From: Bacillota bacterium
GTDB taxonomy: Bacteria > Bacillota > JAAYKD01
Assembly: GCA_963666425.2 (NCBI GenBank)
Contig: OY762825.2
Coordinates: 2,838,650-2,902,649 of the forward strand
Reading direction: 5' to 3'
Length of the DNA: 64,000 nucleotides
Part shown: piece after piece, positions 50,080-60,457 of the stretch
Numbering within the stretch: the stretch's first letter is position 1
How the letters are laid out: the number at the start of each line of letters is the position of its first letter
Program-made: the position numbers and the translations under genes
Notes under the pieces: model-generated
What the model saw: the letters and a program-made list of their open reading frames with translations, nothing else
What the model was told of the DNA's origin: nothing
Database searches by the model: none

Positions 50080-50273
50080 TTTTAATTTGATGATTTATTG
50101 AAACTGAAACTGAAACTGCAAAATTGCTTTACCTTATCCTAAGCGGCCGCCAAGAAAATACCAGAAAGGTGCGGCTTATTTATTGTATCCGCAAGACTGC
50201 AGTATCTATTTCTATTTTTCTATGTTGCAATCGTTTCGTATTACAATACTCTGTCAGAAAAATGCCGTTATAA

Positions 50274-51224
50274 TTGAAAGGAGGAGTTGCTATCACGAAA
50301 ACAATTCATGAACCCTGGTTCAAGCTGAAAAGCAGACTGAATTATGAAGATTATGATGCAATTCATACACTTCAGCTGCAATGCTGCCAGGAAGATCAAA
50401 TTACGTTAAAGCTGGAGCTCGATTATAAACTCAGCGATGCTCTCAATAGCACTGATCCAGCCAGCATACGCGACATCGATGAATTTATGTACTTTGATGG
50501 TAAACAATTGATCGGTTATCTTGGTATCTGCGGCTTCGGAGATCTGTCGGGACCTCTCGAAATCACCGGCATGGTAGATCCGCAATATAGGCGTCTGCGC
50601 GTTTTTACAAGATTGCATGAATTGGTCCTTGCGGAATGCAAGCGGCGGAATGCGCGCAGCTTGCTTGCATTATGCGATAAAAACTCTCTTGCAGGGCAGG
50701 AGTTTCTGAAAAAAAAGGGAGCGAAATATAAATATTCAGAATTTGAAATGTATTTGAGCGATGAATCCTTTCAGAGAATTGATCAGCAGCGGCTGGCTGT
50801 CAACCTAAGAAAAGCAAGTAATGCCGATGCTTGTGAGATTGCTCGGCAAAACAGAATTTACTTTGCTGACCGACCCGAAAAAGGAAATGAGGATGTTGCC
50901 AACACGAGAATTCTTTTTCCGGAAGAGGAGGAACGGCGGGGCATGACTATTTATCTGGCGGAAAAGGATGATCAGATGATTGGGAAAGTCCACTTGCAGC
51001 TCATAAACGGGGCTGGAGGGATTTACGGATTGGGCGTATTACCAGAGTGCCGCGGCCGGGGATTTGGGCGGGCAATTCTACTCAATGCCATAGAGAAATT
51101 GAAAAACGCAAAAGCGACGACGATTATGCTGCAGGTTGCAGCCGAGAATGCAACAGCCCTCAATTTGTATAAATCCTGCGGTTTCCAGGAAAAATCGGTC
51201 ATGGACTATTACGAATTGTCATGA
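50274..51224 (+). CDS. Tandem-GNAT acetyltransferase (start uncertain)
   Basis: MVDPQYRRLRVF and GVLPECRGRGFG..NATALNLYKSCGF. Confidence 0.85.
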   Translation: MKGGVAITKTIHEPWFKLKSRLNYEDYDAIHTLQLQCCQEDQITLKLELDYKLSDALNSTDPASIRDIDEFMYFDGKQLIGYLGICGFGDLSGPLEITGMVDPQYRRLRVFTRLHELVLAECKRRNARSLLALCDKNSLAGQEFLKKKGAKYKYSEFEMYLSDESFQRIDQQRLAVNLRKASNADACEIARQNRIYFADRPEKGNEDVANTRILFPEEEERRGMTIYLAEKDDQMIGKVHLQLINGAGGIYGLGVLPECRGRGFGRAILLNAIEKLKNAKATTIMLQVAAENATALNLYKSCGFQEKSVMDYYELS

Positions 51225-51459
51225 ATCCCATAGAGTCGGTCTGCGGCATCAAAGTTGCTCATGCGGTTTACATTCACAGCCAGGAATTTACACACTGATT
51301 CGGATTTGACTGAGGAGATAAAATTGAAGTTTACAATGGTTAACCCGTTTAGGGATATTTTTATGGATTGCAAAACGGAGCTATTGTATAACAAAACGTT
51401 GGGAATCAGCTATCAAGTGCTAGTGCCCAACGTTCTTAAAAAGAAACCAAATCTATTAT

Positions 51460-52149
51460 TTATTTGAGCTTATCGACCTGTTTTTGAAAAGACAACAAAT
51501 GACTATCGGAACCGTTCTTTAAGGCCGTAAAGACTTTCAAGACGTTATCAGGCAAGTCATATGTCAAGAAATACTCATACATTGCAATGTTGCTTATTTC
51601 AGCCTGGACACCGGTTTCAGCGGCTTTGAGCAAACTGCTCGGGACAATAATATGATCAGCAGAAGTATCGGCAGGAAAATCAAGCCCGGAGGCCAGAAAA
51701 ACTGCTTTTAAAGACGCAAGATGGGATTCCTCGGCACTGATGATATTAGTATAAGGACTCTGGCTGCCAAACTTGCTTACGATAGCCAAATACTCAGCAT
51801 GTGCTACGTATTCATCTTGAACGGCATACATCAGCATCTCGTTGACGGTCAAATTCTCATTACTGAGTGCGCCTTGAGAACCATATCCTTCTAGGGTTAG
51901 TGCTTGATCCGAAACAGGTAGAGCAGCTGAACCGATTTTGACATTTGAATCTACAGGTTGGGTAATTGCCGGAGATTGAGTAGTGGTAATTTGAACAGGT
52001 AGGATGGTTGCTTTTGTTGGTTCACTAACTGCATTGCAGGCAGATAGCAAAAACATGCTGCTGATGATGAGAATGAGAGTCAGTGTTGCCAAAGTCATGT
52101 GCCGATGTTTCCCTTTTCGTAAATTGTTAATTGTTTGCATAATTTTCAC
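51460..52149 (-). CDS. Lipoprotein with ferritin-like (DUF2202-like) domain
   Basis: Lipobox LLSAC; DEY.A..EY, AEESHL, AEISNIAMY, SDSHL. Confidence 0.7.
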   Translation of the reverse strand: MKIMQTINNLRKGKHRHMTLATLTLILIISSMFLLSACNAVSEPTKATILPVQITTTQSPAITQPVDSNVKIGSAALPVSDQALTLEGYGSQGALSNENLTVNEMLMYAVQDEYVAHAEYLAIVSKFGSQSPYTNIISAEESHLASLKAVFLASGLDFPADTSADHIIVPSSLLKAAETGVQAEISNIAMYEYFLTYDLPDNVLKVFTALKNGSDSHLLSFQKQVDKLK

Positions 52150-52231
52150 TCCTTTTATCTTTAGGCTTAATATAGCTTGAAAACATGACGGAAATATGTT
52201 TTTAGCAAGCTAAAATTGTAACGAAATGCCG

Positions 52232-52260
52232 TGTCCCAAGGGGACGGGGGTGTTGGCACA
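52232..52260 (+). repeat. 29-bp site copy
   Basis: TGTCCCAAGGGGACGGGGGTGTTGGCACA. Confidence 0.93.
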
Positions 52261-52309
52261 CTCCATAGACTATGCCGGCAAGAATAAAATGAAAGAGGGA
52301 GAAATTTCC

Positions 52310-52795
52310 ATGGTTATCGTATACGAATCAAAAACAGGTTTTACGAAAAAGTATGCCGAGATGCTCTCTGCCAAAACTGGATTTCAGCTACAGCGAGTAA
52401 ATGAGCTTTCCAAGGTGAATCAAGAGGAAGAAATCATTTTTCTTGGTTGGATGAAAGTCGGAAAAATACAGGGGCTTGATGCATTACGAAAATATAACGT
52501 CAAAGCCGTTTGCGGATCGGGAACCGGCCGAACCGCAGAACCCGATGCTGAAACAGTGATCGCAAGAAACAAGTTGGAGGGCATACCTTTTTTCTATCTG
52601 CGCGGCGGATGTTTGCCCCTGAAAGAGATGAAGGGCATGGATAAAATTATGTTGTCCATGTTTGTTAAGATGATGAAAGGCCAAAAAGAGAAAGATGAGA
52701 AACAAGAAGAGGCCATTTCTATAATCGAAAATGGTTTTAACGGCGTAAAAGAAGAAAACCTTCAGCCTGTTCTGGAATGGCTGCATACAAAATAA
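52310..52795 (+). CDS. Flavodoxin-domain protein
   Basis: IVYESKTGFTKKYA, FFYLRGG. Confidence 0.82.
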   Translation: MVIVYESKTGFTKKYAEMLSAKTGFQLQRVNELSKVNQEEEIIFLGWMKVGKIQGLDALRKYNVKAVCGSGTGRTAEPDAETVIARNKLEGIPFFYLRGGCLPLKEMKGMDKIMLSMFVKMMKGQKEKDEKQEEAISIIENGFNGVKEENLQPVLEWLHTK

Positions 52796-52807
52796 CGGAG
52801 GGCTATT

Positions 52808-53596
52808 ATGAAAAATATCGTGATTACCGGCAGTACACGCGGCATTGGCTTTTCGATGGCGATTGAGTTTTTGAAAGTCGGTTGTCATGTTACGCTGTCC
52901 GGCCGAGGTGAAGCGCTCACAGAAGCTGCTACTACTAAATTATCACCCTTTGAGGGGAAATACATCTATGTCCCATGCAACGTCCAGGAAAGAGCGAGTC
53001 AGCTAAAACTCTGGGAGGCTTCTTTTGAAAAATGGGGCGGGATCGATATCTGGATCAATAATGCGGGGCAAAACACTCCGCATGTGTTTGCTTGGGAAAC
53101 AGGTGAAACCTACACCGAAAACATTATTAAAACCAATCTGATCGGCATGATCTACGGTTCACAGGTTGCGGCAGCGGGAATGCTCAAGCAGGGGCATGGC
53201 GCAATTTACAGTATGGAAGGACTTGGCTCCAACAATATGATTCAGGTAAAAACAATATTGTATGGTACTACCAAACATGCACTTACCTACTTCATGAAAG
53301 GGCTTGCCAAAGAATTACAGGGCAGCAATGTCATAGCGGGCCGGTTATCACCCGGCATGATGCTGACTGATTTCATCACCAAAACCCCGGACGGTGAAGA
53401 ATCGGAGGTTATCTCGGATCAGACTTTTAGAAACCTATTCAACATATTGGCAGATAAGCCGGAAACAGTCGCTGCATTTTTCATCCCAAGAATGCTCAGC
53501 AACACTAAAAACGATACCAATATCGTTTGGCTAACCAATAGAAAAGCGGCATGGCGTTTTATGACGGCGAGTTTCCGTAAAGACAGATTGATTTAG
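52808..53596 (+). CDS. Short-chain dehydrogenase/reductase
   Basis: TGSTRGIG, NNAG, YGTTK; stop overlaps the site. Confidence 0.92.
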   Translation: MKNIVITGSTRGIGFSMAIEFLKVGCHVTLSGRGEALTEAATTKLSPFEGKYIYVPCNVQERASQLKLWEASFEKWGGIDIWINNAGQNTPHVFAWETGETYTENIIKTNLIGMIYGSQVAAAGMLKQGHGAIYSMEGLGSNNMIQVKTILYGTTKHALTYFMKGLAKELQGSNVIAGRLSPGMMLTDFITKTPDGEESEVISDQTFRNLFNILADKPETVAAFFIPRMLSNTKNDTNIVWLTNRKAAWRFMTASFRKDRLI

Positions 53597-53623
53597 TGCC
53601 AAGGGGACGGGGGTGTTGGCACA
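53595..53623 (+). repeat. 29-bp site copy
   Basis: AGTGCCAAGGGGACGGGGGTGTTGGCACA. Confidence 0.95.
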
Positions 53624-53712
53624 TAAATATAGAGTGACAGCACCGCCAGTTACAATTGCAACTGCGTTTATCGAAAAATCAATTACGGTAGGTTAGATCG
53701 ACAAAAAACTGC

Positions 53713-53764
53713 TTGACACGATTTGCGTTTTGAAGTATGATGAGTATAACAAAACATACTTCAA
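53713..53764 (+). promoter_or_regulatory. Sigma-A promoter with inverted-repeat operator
   Basis: TTGACA-17-TATGAT; TTGAAGTATG...CATACTTCAA. Confidence 0.7.
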
Positions 53765-53780
53765 TCGAGGAGGCTGCGAG

Positions 53781-53993
53781 ATGAACGAGCCAAAAGGAAA
53801 ACATGCATGGACGGTCACGGTCGGAACGAAAGGGCAGTTTGTCATACCTAAGGAAGCACGCGAGCTTTTTGGCATTGAGCCTGGTGATACGCTGATTTTA
53901 CTGGCTGATGAAGAACGAGGAATTGCTATCCCTCCCAAGGAATCGTTCAATGAATATTATGGAAGGATCTTTGGTGTTGAAAAAAATGAGTAA
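53781..53993 (+). CDS. AbrB/MazE/SpoVT-family DNA-binding protein
   Basis: VGTKGQFVIPKEARELFGIEPGD. Confidence 0.88.
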   Translation: MNEPKGKHAWTVTVGTKGQFVIPKEARELFGIEPGDTLILLADEERGIAIPPKESFNEYYGRIFGVEKNE

Positions 53994-55155
53994 AATTGTA
54001 TTTTTCTGTATTCCAGCTCATGGTCATACAAACCCGACGCTTGGTGTTGTCCGTGAACTTATCTCCCGCAACAATGAAGTTTTCTATTATTCCTATGAGA
54101 GCATGCGAAGTAAAATTGAAGCGACAGGCGCACATTTTATTCCCTGCGACGCCTATGATCCGCAGATCCATTTAAAGCAGGAAGATGCTGTCCGCCTGGG
54201 CCATGACCTTGCTTTTTCAACAAATCTCATAGTGGATATCACGCTTGCTTTGGACGATGCAATCATTGAGGATATGAGAAGCCTCCAGCCGGATCTTATT
54301 ATTGCAGATTCTATGGCTTTTTGGGGAAAGCTGATCGCAAAGAAATTAAATATTCCCTTTGTATCTTCCACAACAACCTTTGCTTTTAATCGCTATTCTG
54401 CCAAAGTCATGAAGCAAGGCGGTATGAACATCCTTTCCATGCTATTGGCTTTACCAAAAGTGAATCGTAGTTTGAACAAACTGCGCGCCAAAGGCTATCT
54501 CATCAAGAATGTGCTTGACATTGTCGCCAATGATAACGCCACCAATACCATCGTTTATACTACGCGGGAATTTCAGCCCTGCGCGGAGACGTTTTCTGGT
54601 AGTTATCATTTTGTCGGACCAATTTTGCGTGAACCAAAAATACAGCTGGAAAAAATCGCGAAACCGACGGTCTACATTTCTCTTGGCACGGTAGAGAATA
54701 ATAAGCAAAGCTTTTATCGTGATTGTCTGAAGGCTCTGGCTGGTGAAGAGTACCGCGTTATTATCTCAGCCGGTGAAAACACCGATCTTGCCGCCTTGGG
54801 GCAGATCCCGAAAAATTGCATTGTTCAGCCCTCGGTAGATCAATCTGCTGTTTTGGCTGTTACCGATGTTTTCTTGACGCATTGCGGTATGAATAGTGTC
54901 AGCGAAGCGCTTTACTACGGTATTCCTTTGGTTCTTTATCCTTCCACACCGGAGCAGCAAGGAGTCGCGAATCGGGTGCAGGAGCTCGGAGCCGGTTGCT
55001 TCCTGAAAGGCACCTCAACCAAAGAGATTCAGGAGATCATTAAAAATGTGCTAAACAACGCAGCCATGCGAGGCCGGGCCAAAGCTATTGCAGATGGTTT
55101 TCACCGCTGCGGTGGTGCAAAAGCAGCGGTTGATTTTCTTGAAACATTGCTCTAG
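53986..55155 (+). CDS. GT1 glycosyltransferase, MGT/macrolide-glycosyltransferase family
   Basis: PAHGHTNPTL, VYISLGT, FLTHCGMNSVSEAL..GIP, EQ. Confidence 0.88.
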   Translation: MSKIVFFCIPAHGHTNPTLGVVRELISRNNEVFYYSYESMRSKIEATGAHFIPCDAYDPQIHLKQEDAVRLGHDLAFSTNLIVDITLALDDAIIEDMRSLQPDLIIADSMAFWGKLIAKKLNIPFVSSTTTFAFNRYSAKVMKQGGMNILSMLLALPKVNRSLNKLRAKGYLIKNVLDIVANDNATNTIVYTTREFQPCAETFSGSYHFVGPILREPKIQLEKIAKPTVYISLGTVENNKQSFYRDCLKALAGEEYRVIISAGENTDLAALGQIPKNCIVQPSVDQSAVLAVTDVFLTHCGMNSVSEALYYGIPLVLYPSTPEQQGVANRVQELGAGCFLKGTSTKEIQEIIKNVLNNAAMRGRAKAIADGFHRCGGAKAAVDFLETLL

Positions 55156-55156
55156 T

Positions 55157-55185
55157 TGTGCCAAGGGGACGGGGGTGTTGGCACA
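55157..55185 (+). repeat. 29-bp site copy (perfect arms, extended by CTA.T/A.TAG)
   Basis: TGTGCCAAGGGGACGGGGGTGTTGGCACA, 1 nt after a TAG stop. Confidence 0.95.
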
Positions 55186-55372
55186 ATTAGACAAGACCGC
55201 TCGTTTGGGCGGCCTTTTAATGTACAAGGATAAATCTTAAGACAGTGATGATTTAATAGCATATATAGGAAGAATGAGTTATAATAAAGAAAAAGATGAT
55301 GGGAAATAGAAAGCAACAAAACCTCTACGATAAAGCGAATCTATAATCGCGCAATGCGATTCGGGGAGATTT

Positions 55373-56202
55373 ATGAAAAAACGGATGCTTGCAGCAGCGG
55401 TAGCTATCCTACTCGTTTTATGGATAGTGTTTCTGATCTATTCAAAAAGTGACCCAGCAGAGCTGCTGAATCCTGACGGAAAGACAATCGCTGAAAGGTT
55501 TGATACTCCAAGCGATTATGAAAGAACAACGGAGACCGCAGAATCATATCAACAGTATCTCCGAACTCTGCCGGTAAAGACGCAGGGCACGCAAGTGAAG
55601 TATTACAACGGGGAGACAAAACGAAAAGAGGTCTATGAAGCAGTGCTCGATGTTGATGTGGCAAGCGGGATCTTCAACAATGTGCCGATGCAGCCATCCG
55701 ATTAAGAGCCGAATATTTGTATGGTTTACAGCAGTATACAAGAATTCACTTCAATTTCACCAACGGTTTCGAGGCGGATTATGCTAAATGGATGGAAGGC
55801 TACAGAATCTCAGTCACAGACGACGAGGCGGTATGGTACAAAGATACTGGTTATTCTGCCGAATATGCTGTATTCAGGGAATACCTGGACATGGTCTTCG
55901 CATATGCCGGTACGCTTTCTCTGCTTCAGGAAATGCAGCAGATACCGCTTTCGGATATGAGGATTGGTGATGTCTTTCTGGACAAGGGTCATGCAATTAT
56001 CATTGTCGATATGGCGGTCAATCAGGTATCGGGAAGTAAATTATTCATGCTGGCACAAAGTTATATGCCTGCTCAGGATATCCAGATACTTAAAAACCCT
56101 CAAAATAAGGATTTAAGTCCATGGTATCCCTTAGATTTTAATAATACACTGGTAACGCCAGAATGGACTTTCACGGCAAACGATCTGAGAAGATTCGAAT
56201 AG
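55373..56202 (+). pseudogene. DUF4846-family exported protein, frameshifted near 55660
   Basis: YEAVLDVDV continues in another frame as GKRDLQQCADAAIRLRAEYLY; later GHAIIIVD, LAQSYMPAQ; could be a sequencing error. Confidence 0.75.
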
Positions 56203-56244
56203 GTAAAGCTCCTATATATAGGCACTTGAATGACTGTTATGCGA

Positions 56245-56284
56245 AAATCCTCTATCCCCCTTTCAGGAGAATAGAGGATTCTTT
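56245..56284 (+). terminator. Intrinsic terminator
   Basis: AATCCTCTAT...ATAGAGGATT followed by CTTT. Confidence 0.6.
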
Positions 56285-56332
56285 GTGCTGTGGAGCATGA
56301 CTAAATCATAATCAAAAATTCAAAAACATATG

Positions 56333-56378
56333 TTGACGATGTAAAGATTGCATTGTATAATGTAGACAGTGTAAAGAT
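56333..56378 (+). promoter_or_regulatory. Sigma-A promoter with paired TGTAAAGAT boxes
   Basis: TTGACG-17-TATAAT upstream of a TetR gene. Confidence 0.6.
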
Positions 56379-56398
56379 CACCCGACAGGAGGAAAATA

Positions 56399-56983
56399 AT
56401 GACCGAAAAATCATATCACCACAAAAATTTGAGAAACGAACTAATAGAAAGAGGCATCGAACTTGTAAGTCAAGAGGGTGAAAAATACCTTTCACTTCGC
56501 AAGGTTGCATTGGCTTGCGGAGTCAGTCATGCTGCACCCTACAGCCATTTTGCAAATAAAGAAGGGCTTTTACTTGCAATGCAAGATTATATCATGGAAC
56601 AATTTTCGGATTTATTAGAAAACACAATAAAGTCCTACCCGGACAATCCAAATTTGCTGACACATTTGGGGAAAGCCTATGTGATGTTTTTCTACAGGAA
56701 TCCACATTACTATCCGTTTTTATTTTCACGTCAAAATATCAAGATTGATTTCTCATTGGATGCTGATAAGACAAGTAATAATCGCCCCTTCGAACTTTTC
56801 AAGGCTACTGCAGCCGGAATATTGCACAGCAGCGGTCTTCCTAAACAAAAGACGCAGGATCGCATCATAGCCATGTTGGCTTTGGTGCATGGTCTTGCAG
56901 CGTTTACCACGATGCAAACAGTTCATTATGACGAAGATTGGGAAATTAAGATTGAAGACATTCTAAATGCATTTTCAAATTAG
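56399..56983 (+). CDS. TetR/AcrR regulator (WHG type)
   Basis: YHH.NLR, LSLRKVA..CGVSHAAPYSHF, LVHGLA. Confidence 0.9.
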   Translation: MTEKSYHHKNLRNELIERGIELVSQEGEKYLSLRKVALACGVSHAAPYSHFANKEGLLLAMQDYIMEQFSDLLENTIKSYPDNPNLLTHLGKAYVMFFYRNPHYYPFLFSRQNIKIDFSLDADKTSNNRPFELFKATAAGILHSSGLPKQKTQDRIIAMLALVHGLAAFTTMQTVHYDEDWEIKIEDILNAFSN

Positions 56984-56997
56984 TAGGAGGGAACAAG

Positions 56998-57870
56998 ATG
57001 AAGTCCGGGGAAGCCAAGGGATTAAAAATAGCTGAGGGATCTAAAAATTACATCATACAATATGTAATCTATACCTATGGATTATTTATTTTATTAATGC
57101 TTACATTAGGTGGTGCTGCTTCCGTATTTTTGCATGGAACACCATTGGTTATGAGGTGGCTGACTGCGATCGTCGCATGGACTCCCACTTATATATTCCT
57201 GCTCATGTTTCGGAAGCTTTATCCAAATAGCAGCGTAAAAGATTTCTATAAAAAGGCTTTTAGCAAGAAAATAGATATACCCTTATTAGTGACAACGTCT
57301 CTGCTTCAGTTGCTCATTTATACTGCAACTATTTCTATGGTGTCCATGCAAAAAGGTACTGCCATAATCAGTTTGCTGGATTTTTCATTTTCAACTTTGT
57401 TATCTGGACTTTTCTTTACGCTGATACAAGGCCCGGGAGGCGAAGAGACGGGTTGGAGAGGATATCTACAACCTGCTGTTGAAGAAAAAGTAGGCGTAGT
57501 GAAAGGCTCCTTCATCGTCGGCCTGATCTGGTCATTTTGGCATGCTCCAATATGGTTGTTAGGTACTGGTTACAGCGGAGCAGTGCTTATAAAATACATC
57601 ATCGTTTTCGTTATTTGCATGACCTCTGTCGGGTTTATCATGGGAATTTGCTATCATCATTGCAGAAACTTATTTGTCCCGTTTTGGATTCATTTCCTGC
57701 TTAACTTCCTTGGAGAAACATTCACAGGTTCTCGGATTGATTTAGTCACCTGGTATGCTGTATTCTATTTTGTTTCAGCCTTGGGATTCTTTTTGTGGCA
57801 CCAAAGAACACTGAAAATTGAAAAAATAGACATGCGACAAGTAAGTTGGAGAGACGGGTGTAGTTCATGA
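56998..57870 (+). CDS. CPBP-family intramembrane metalloprotease
   Basis: GEETGWRGYL, WSFWHAP, HFLLN. Confidence 0.88.
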   Translation: MKSGEAKGLKIAEGSKNYIIQYVIYTYGLFILLMLTLGGAASVFLHGTPLVMRWLTAIVAWTPTYIFLLMFRKLYPNSSVKDFYKKAFSKKIDIPLLVTTSLLQLLIYTATISMVSMQKGTAIISLLDFSFSTLLSGLFFTLIQGPGGEETGWRGYLQPAVEEKVGVVKGSFIVGLIWSFWHAPIWLLGTGYSGAVLIKYIIVFVICMTSVGFIMGICYHHCRNLFVPFWIHFLLNFLGETFTGSRIDLVTWYAVFYFVSALGFFLWHQRTLKIEKIDMRQVSWRDGCSS

Positions 57871-58017
57871 GATTAGCGCTGCTTTGAGTGCTTCTACTCT
57901 TGACACGCCTGCAACCCCAGAGTATCAAGCATTATTTCAGAATATCGCCTTTCCGATTCTTTGGAGTGGAACTTTCTGGCGATCCTTCTCGCCTATAGGA
58001 TTAAGGAGATGATGATA

Positions 58018-60279
58018 ATGAGAAGAAGCAGTTTTAAAGCAAGAGTACGCAGATCGGGTTATCTAATTCTATTCATCTTGCTTGCGATGGTCCTGACCGG
58101 AACCTCGCTTGCCAGCGACGCTGAGGTGGATGCAGCCCGTTCCACTCATACGTTTTTCCATACGGGAAGCCCTCTTCTTTTAGATGGGGATCATGTTTTG
58201 TCCTTAGACTCCTCCAACCCTGACGTAGCGGCAACCGTCATCAACAGCAGAACAATGCTTCCCTTAAGAGCATTTGCCGAGCATTTTGGTGCTGTGGTGT
58301 CTTATGATGCAGCCTCGCATGTTGCGATCATTGAGCATGCCGGTTCCCGTTACTTATTTCCAATCGGCGAACAAAGTTATAGCATTGAGACCGGAGATCA
58401 AGTAAAGCAAAGGTCGATGGACACTGGTTCCATGATCCTGAACGATCGCACCATGATCCCTCTGCGTGTTTTATGTGAAGAAGTGTTCCAACAGAAGGTT
58501 TCTTATTTTAACAGAGTGATTGCTGTTGGAGACACCGAAATTGATCTTACCTCGCAGGATGCATTGGTCCAAGCAGTACAAAGCAAAATTGGTGTCGCCT
58601 TGAAAGCCCAAAATTTGGAGGAAGTAAAGGCATCTATTTCCGGCCAGAGCTTCTACCGATTTACACAAGACGCCATGCTGGCAGAGGGTACTACGGTTGC
58701 TCCTGCTGCGGAAGTAAAATCCGAAGCAGCCACCGCTGATTTCTCCAGCACGAATACACAGGTTGAAGGCATTGATGAGGCGGATCTTGTCAAGACCGAT
58801 GGGGTTAATCTTTATATTGTGGCGCAATCTGCCATTCGCATTGTCTCGGCGAAGCAAGGACAATTAAGCGAATTAAGCGTGCTGCGCATCGACGAGAAGA
58901 AAACCGTGCAGGAAATCTTTGTTGACGGCAACCGTTTGGTTGTGATTGGCACTCGAAGCGAGTATGAGACTGCTGATCCCATTCCAGAGGGAATGGACGT
59001 CAAAATGATGATGCCACGTTACCTGCCAAGAAAAACGTTTACCTTTGCCGACATTTATGATATTTCCAATCCACAAACTCCGGTTTTGCTGAAAAGTCAT
59101 GAAGTAGAAGGCAGTTATCAGACCAGCAGAAAGAACGGGGAGTACGTTTACCTGGTTTCCAACACCTATCTTTATGGAGAAGTCTATCTGCCAACGGTGA
59201 AGGATACCGCAACCGGATCCATTGCCAAAGCAATTGCTCTGGATGATGTGATGATCCTACCGCGTTATCCGGCGCAAGGTTTCGTGACAATTTCCTCTAT
59301 CGATATCAGAACGGATACCAAAGCAGAAATTGAAGTCATTGCCGCCTCAGGGACAATTACCTATATGAATGACCATGCTCTCTACCTTGCAGCTTCGGAT
59401 TATAATGGTAAAACATCCATTACCAAATTCTCCATCAATGGGCTCAAGGTTGGTTATGCCGGTTCCGGAGAAGTGCCGGGCTATTTGATCAACCAATTTG
59501 CCATGGATGAATACCAAGATCACCTCAGAGTTGCCGTCACGGCTTGGGGTGTGGACAATAGTCTGTATATTCTGGATGCTTCCATGAACATTAGCGGCTC
59601 GGTGACCGGGCTTGCCAAAGGCGAAACCATCTATTCGGTGCGTTTTCTTGGGAGTAAAGGTTATATCGTTACCTTCCGCACCATGGATCCTCTTTTCGTC
59701 TTTGATCTTTCCGATCCCAGCAATCCCAGCGTAACCGGCGAGCTCAAAATTCCTGGTTTCAGCAACTATCTCCATCCGATTGATGAAAACCATCTCTTGG
59801 GAATCGGCATGGAGGTCAAGGAGATTTATCAAAAAGATCAATACGGAAACGAAATTGTCATCGGTACGAAACAAGGAGGAATCAAAATTTCCTTGTTCGA
59901 TGTATCCGACATGGGAAGACCGGTTGAAGTATCACAGTACGTGCTCGGTGATGCTGGTAGTTATGCGGATGCTTTGAATAACCACAAAGCCATTCTCTTT
60001 GATCCACGCAGCAGTTTGGTAGGCTTTGATGCGACCGTGACGTCTGCTGCCAACCTCTATCAGCAAGATCAAGGCGCAGCCATCCTCAGTTATGCCGACA
60101 ATCGGATCGCGCTGAAGGGATTTTTACCATCTCAACAATCAGTGAACTATGGCAGTGACATTCCCGATGCCAGACGTATCGTTTACATTGGCGACGAACT
60201 TTATTACATCCAGGGTAGTAAAATCACCTCTTTTGATGTTACTACTCTCAGCGAAATCGACATGCTGATCCTCTACTAA
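58018..60279 (+). CDS. Secreted beta-propeller protein with copper-amine-oxidase-like N-terminal domain
   Basis: RTMLPLRAFAE; STNTQVEGIDEADLVKTDG; NQFAMDE; VTFRTMDPLF; ELKIPGFSNYLHP. Confidence 0.85.
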   Translation: MRRSSFKARVRRSGYLILFILLAMVLTGTSLASDAEVDAARSTHTFFHTGSPLLLDGDHVLSLDSSNPDVAATVINSRTMLPLRAFAEHFGAVVSYDAASHVAIIEHAGSRYLFPIGEQSYSIETGDQVKQRSMDTGSMILNDRTMIPLRVLCEEVFQQKVSYFNRVIAVGDTEIDLTSQDALVQAVQSKIGVALKAQNLEEVKASISGQSFYRFTQDAMLAEGTTVAPAAEVKSEAATADFSSTNTQVEGIDEADLVKTDGVNLYIVAQSAIRIVSAKQGQLSELSVLRIDEKKTVQEIFVDGNRLVVIGTRSEYETADPIPEGMDVKMMMPRYLPRKTFTFADIYDISNPQTPVLLKSHEVEGSYQTSRKNGEYVYLVSNTYLYGEVYLPTVKDTATGSIAKAIALDDVMILPRYPAQGFVTISSIDIRTDTKAEIEVIAASGTITYMNDHALYLAASDYNGKTSITKFSINGLKVGYAGSGEVPGYLINQFAMDEYQDHLRVAVTAWGVDNSLYILDASMNISGSVTGLAKGETIYSVRFLGSKGYIVTFRTMDPLFVFDLSDPSNPSVTGELKIPGFSNYLHPIDENHLLGIGMEVKEIYQKDQYGNEIVIGTKQGGIKISLFDVSDMGRPVEVSQYVLGDAGSYADALNNHKAILFDPRSSLVGFDATVTSAANLYQQDQGAAILSYADNRIALKGFLPSQQSVNYGSDIPDARRIVYIGDELYYIQGSKITSFDVTTLSEIDMLILY

Positions 60280-60385
60280 AAGAATCACCGCAAGGAAAAC
60301 AGCGTGAAAGCAGTGTCAAGCACAAGCCGCAGCGAAATAGTATACTACGGCTAGTGCTCAGACAAACCGCTCTATAGAAATGGTC

Positions 60386-60422
60386 AGCCCTGTTACTGCA
60401 GACACGACGCAATAACAGGGCT
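60386..60422. terminator. Hairpin/terminator related to 61885-61927
   Basis: AGCCCTGTTACTGC...GCAATAACAGGGCT. Confidence 0.55.
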
Positions 60423-60428
60423 CTCTAA

Positions 60429-60457
60429 TGTACCAGGGGGACGGGGGTGTTGGCACA
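60429..60457 (+). repeat. 29-bp site copy
   Basis: TGTACCAGGGGGACGGGGGTGTTGGCACA. Confidence 0.95.

Noticed and set aside
50099-50119. (GAAACT)x3 short tandem repeat
   Set aside because: Very short, intergenic, and no evidence of phase variation.
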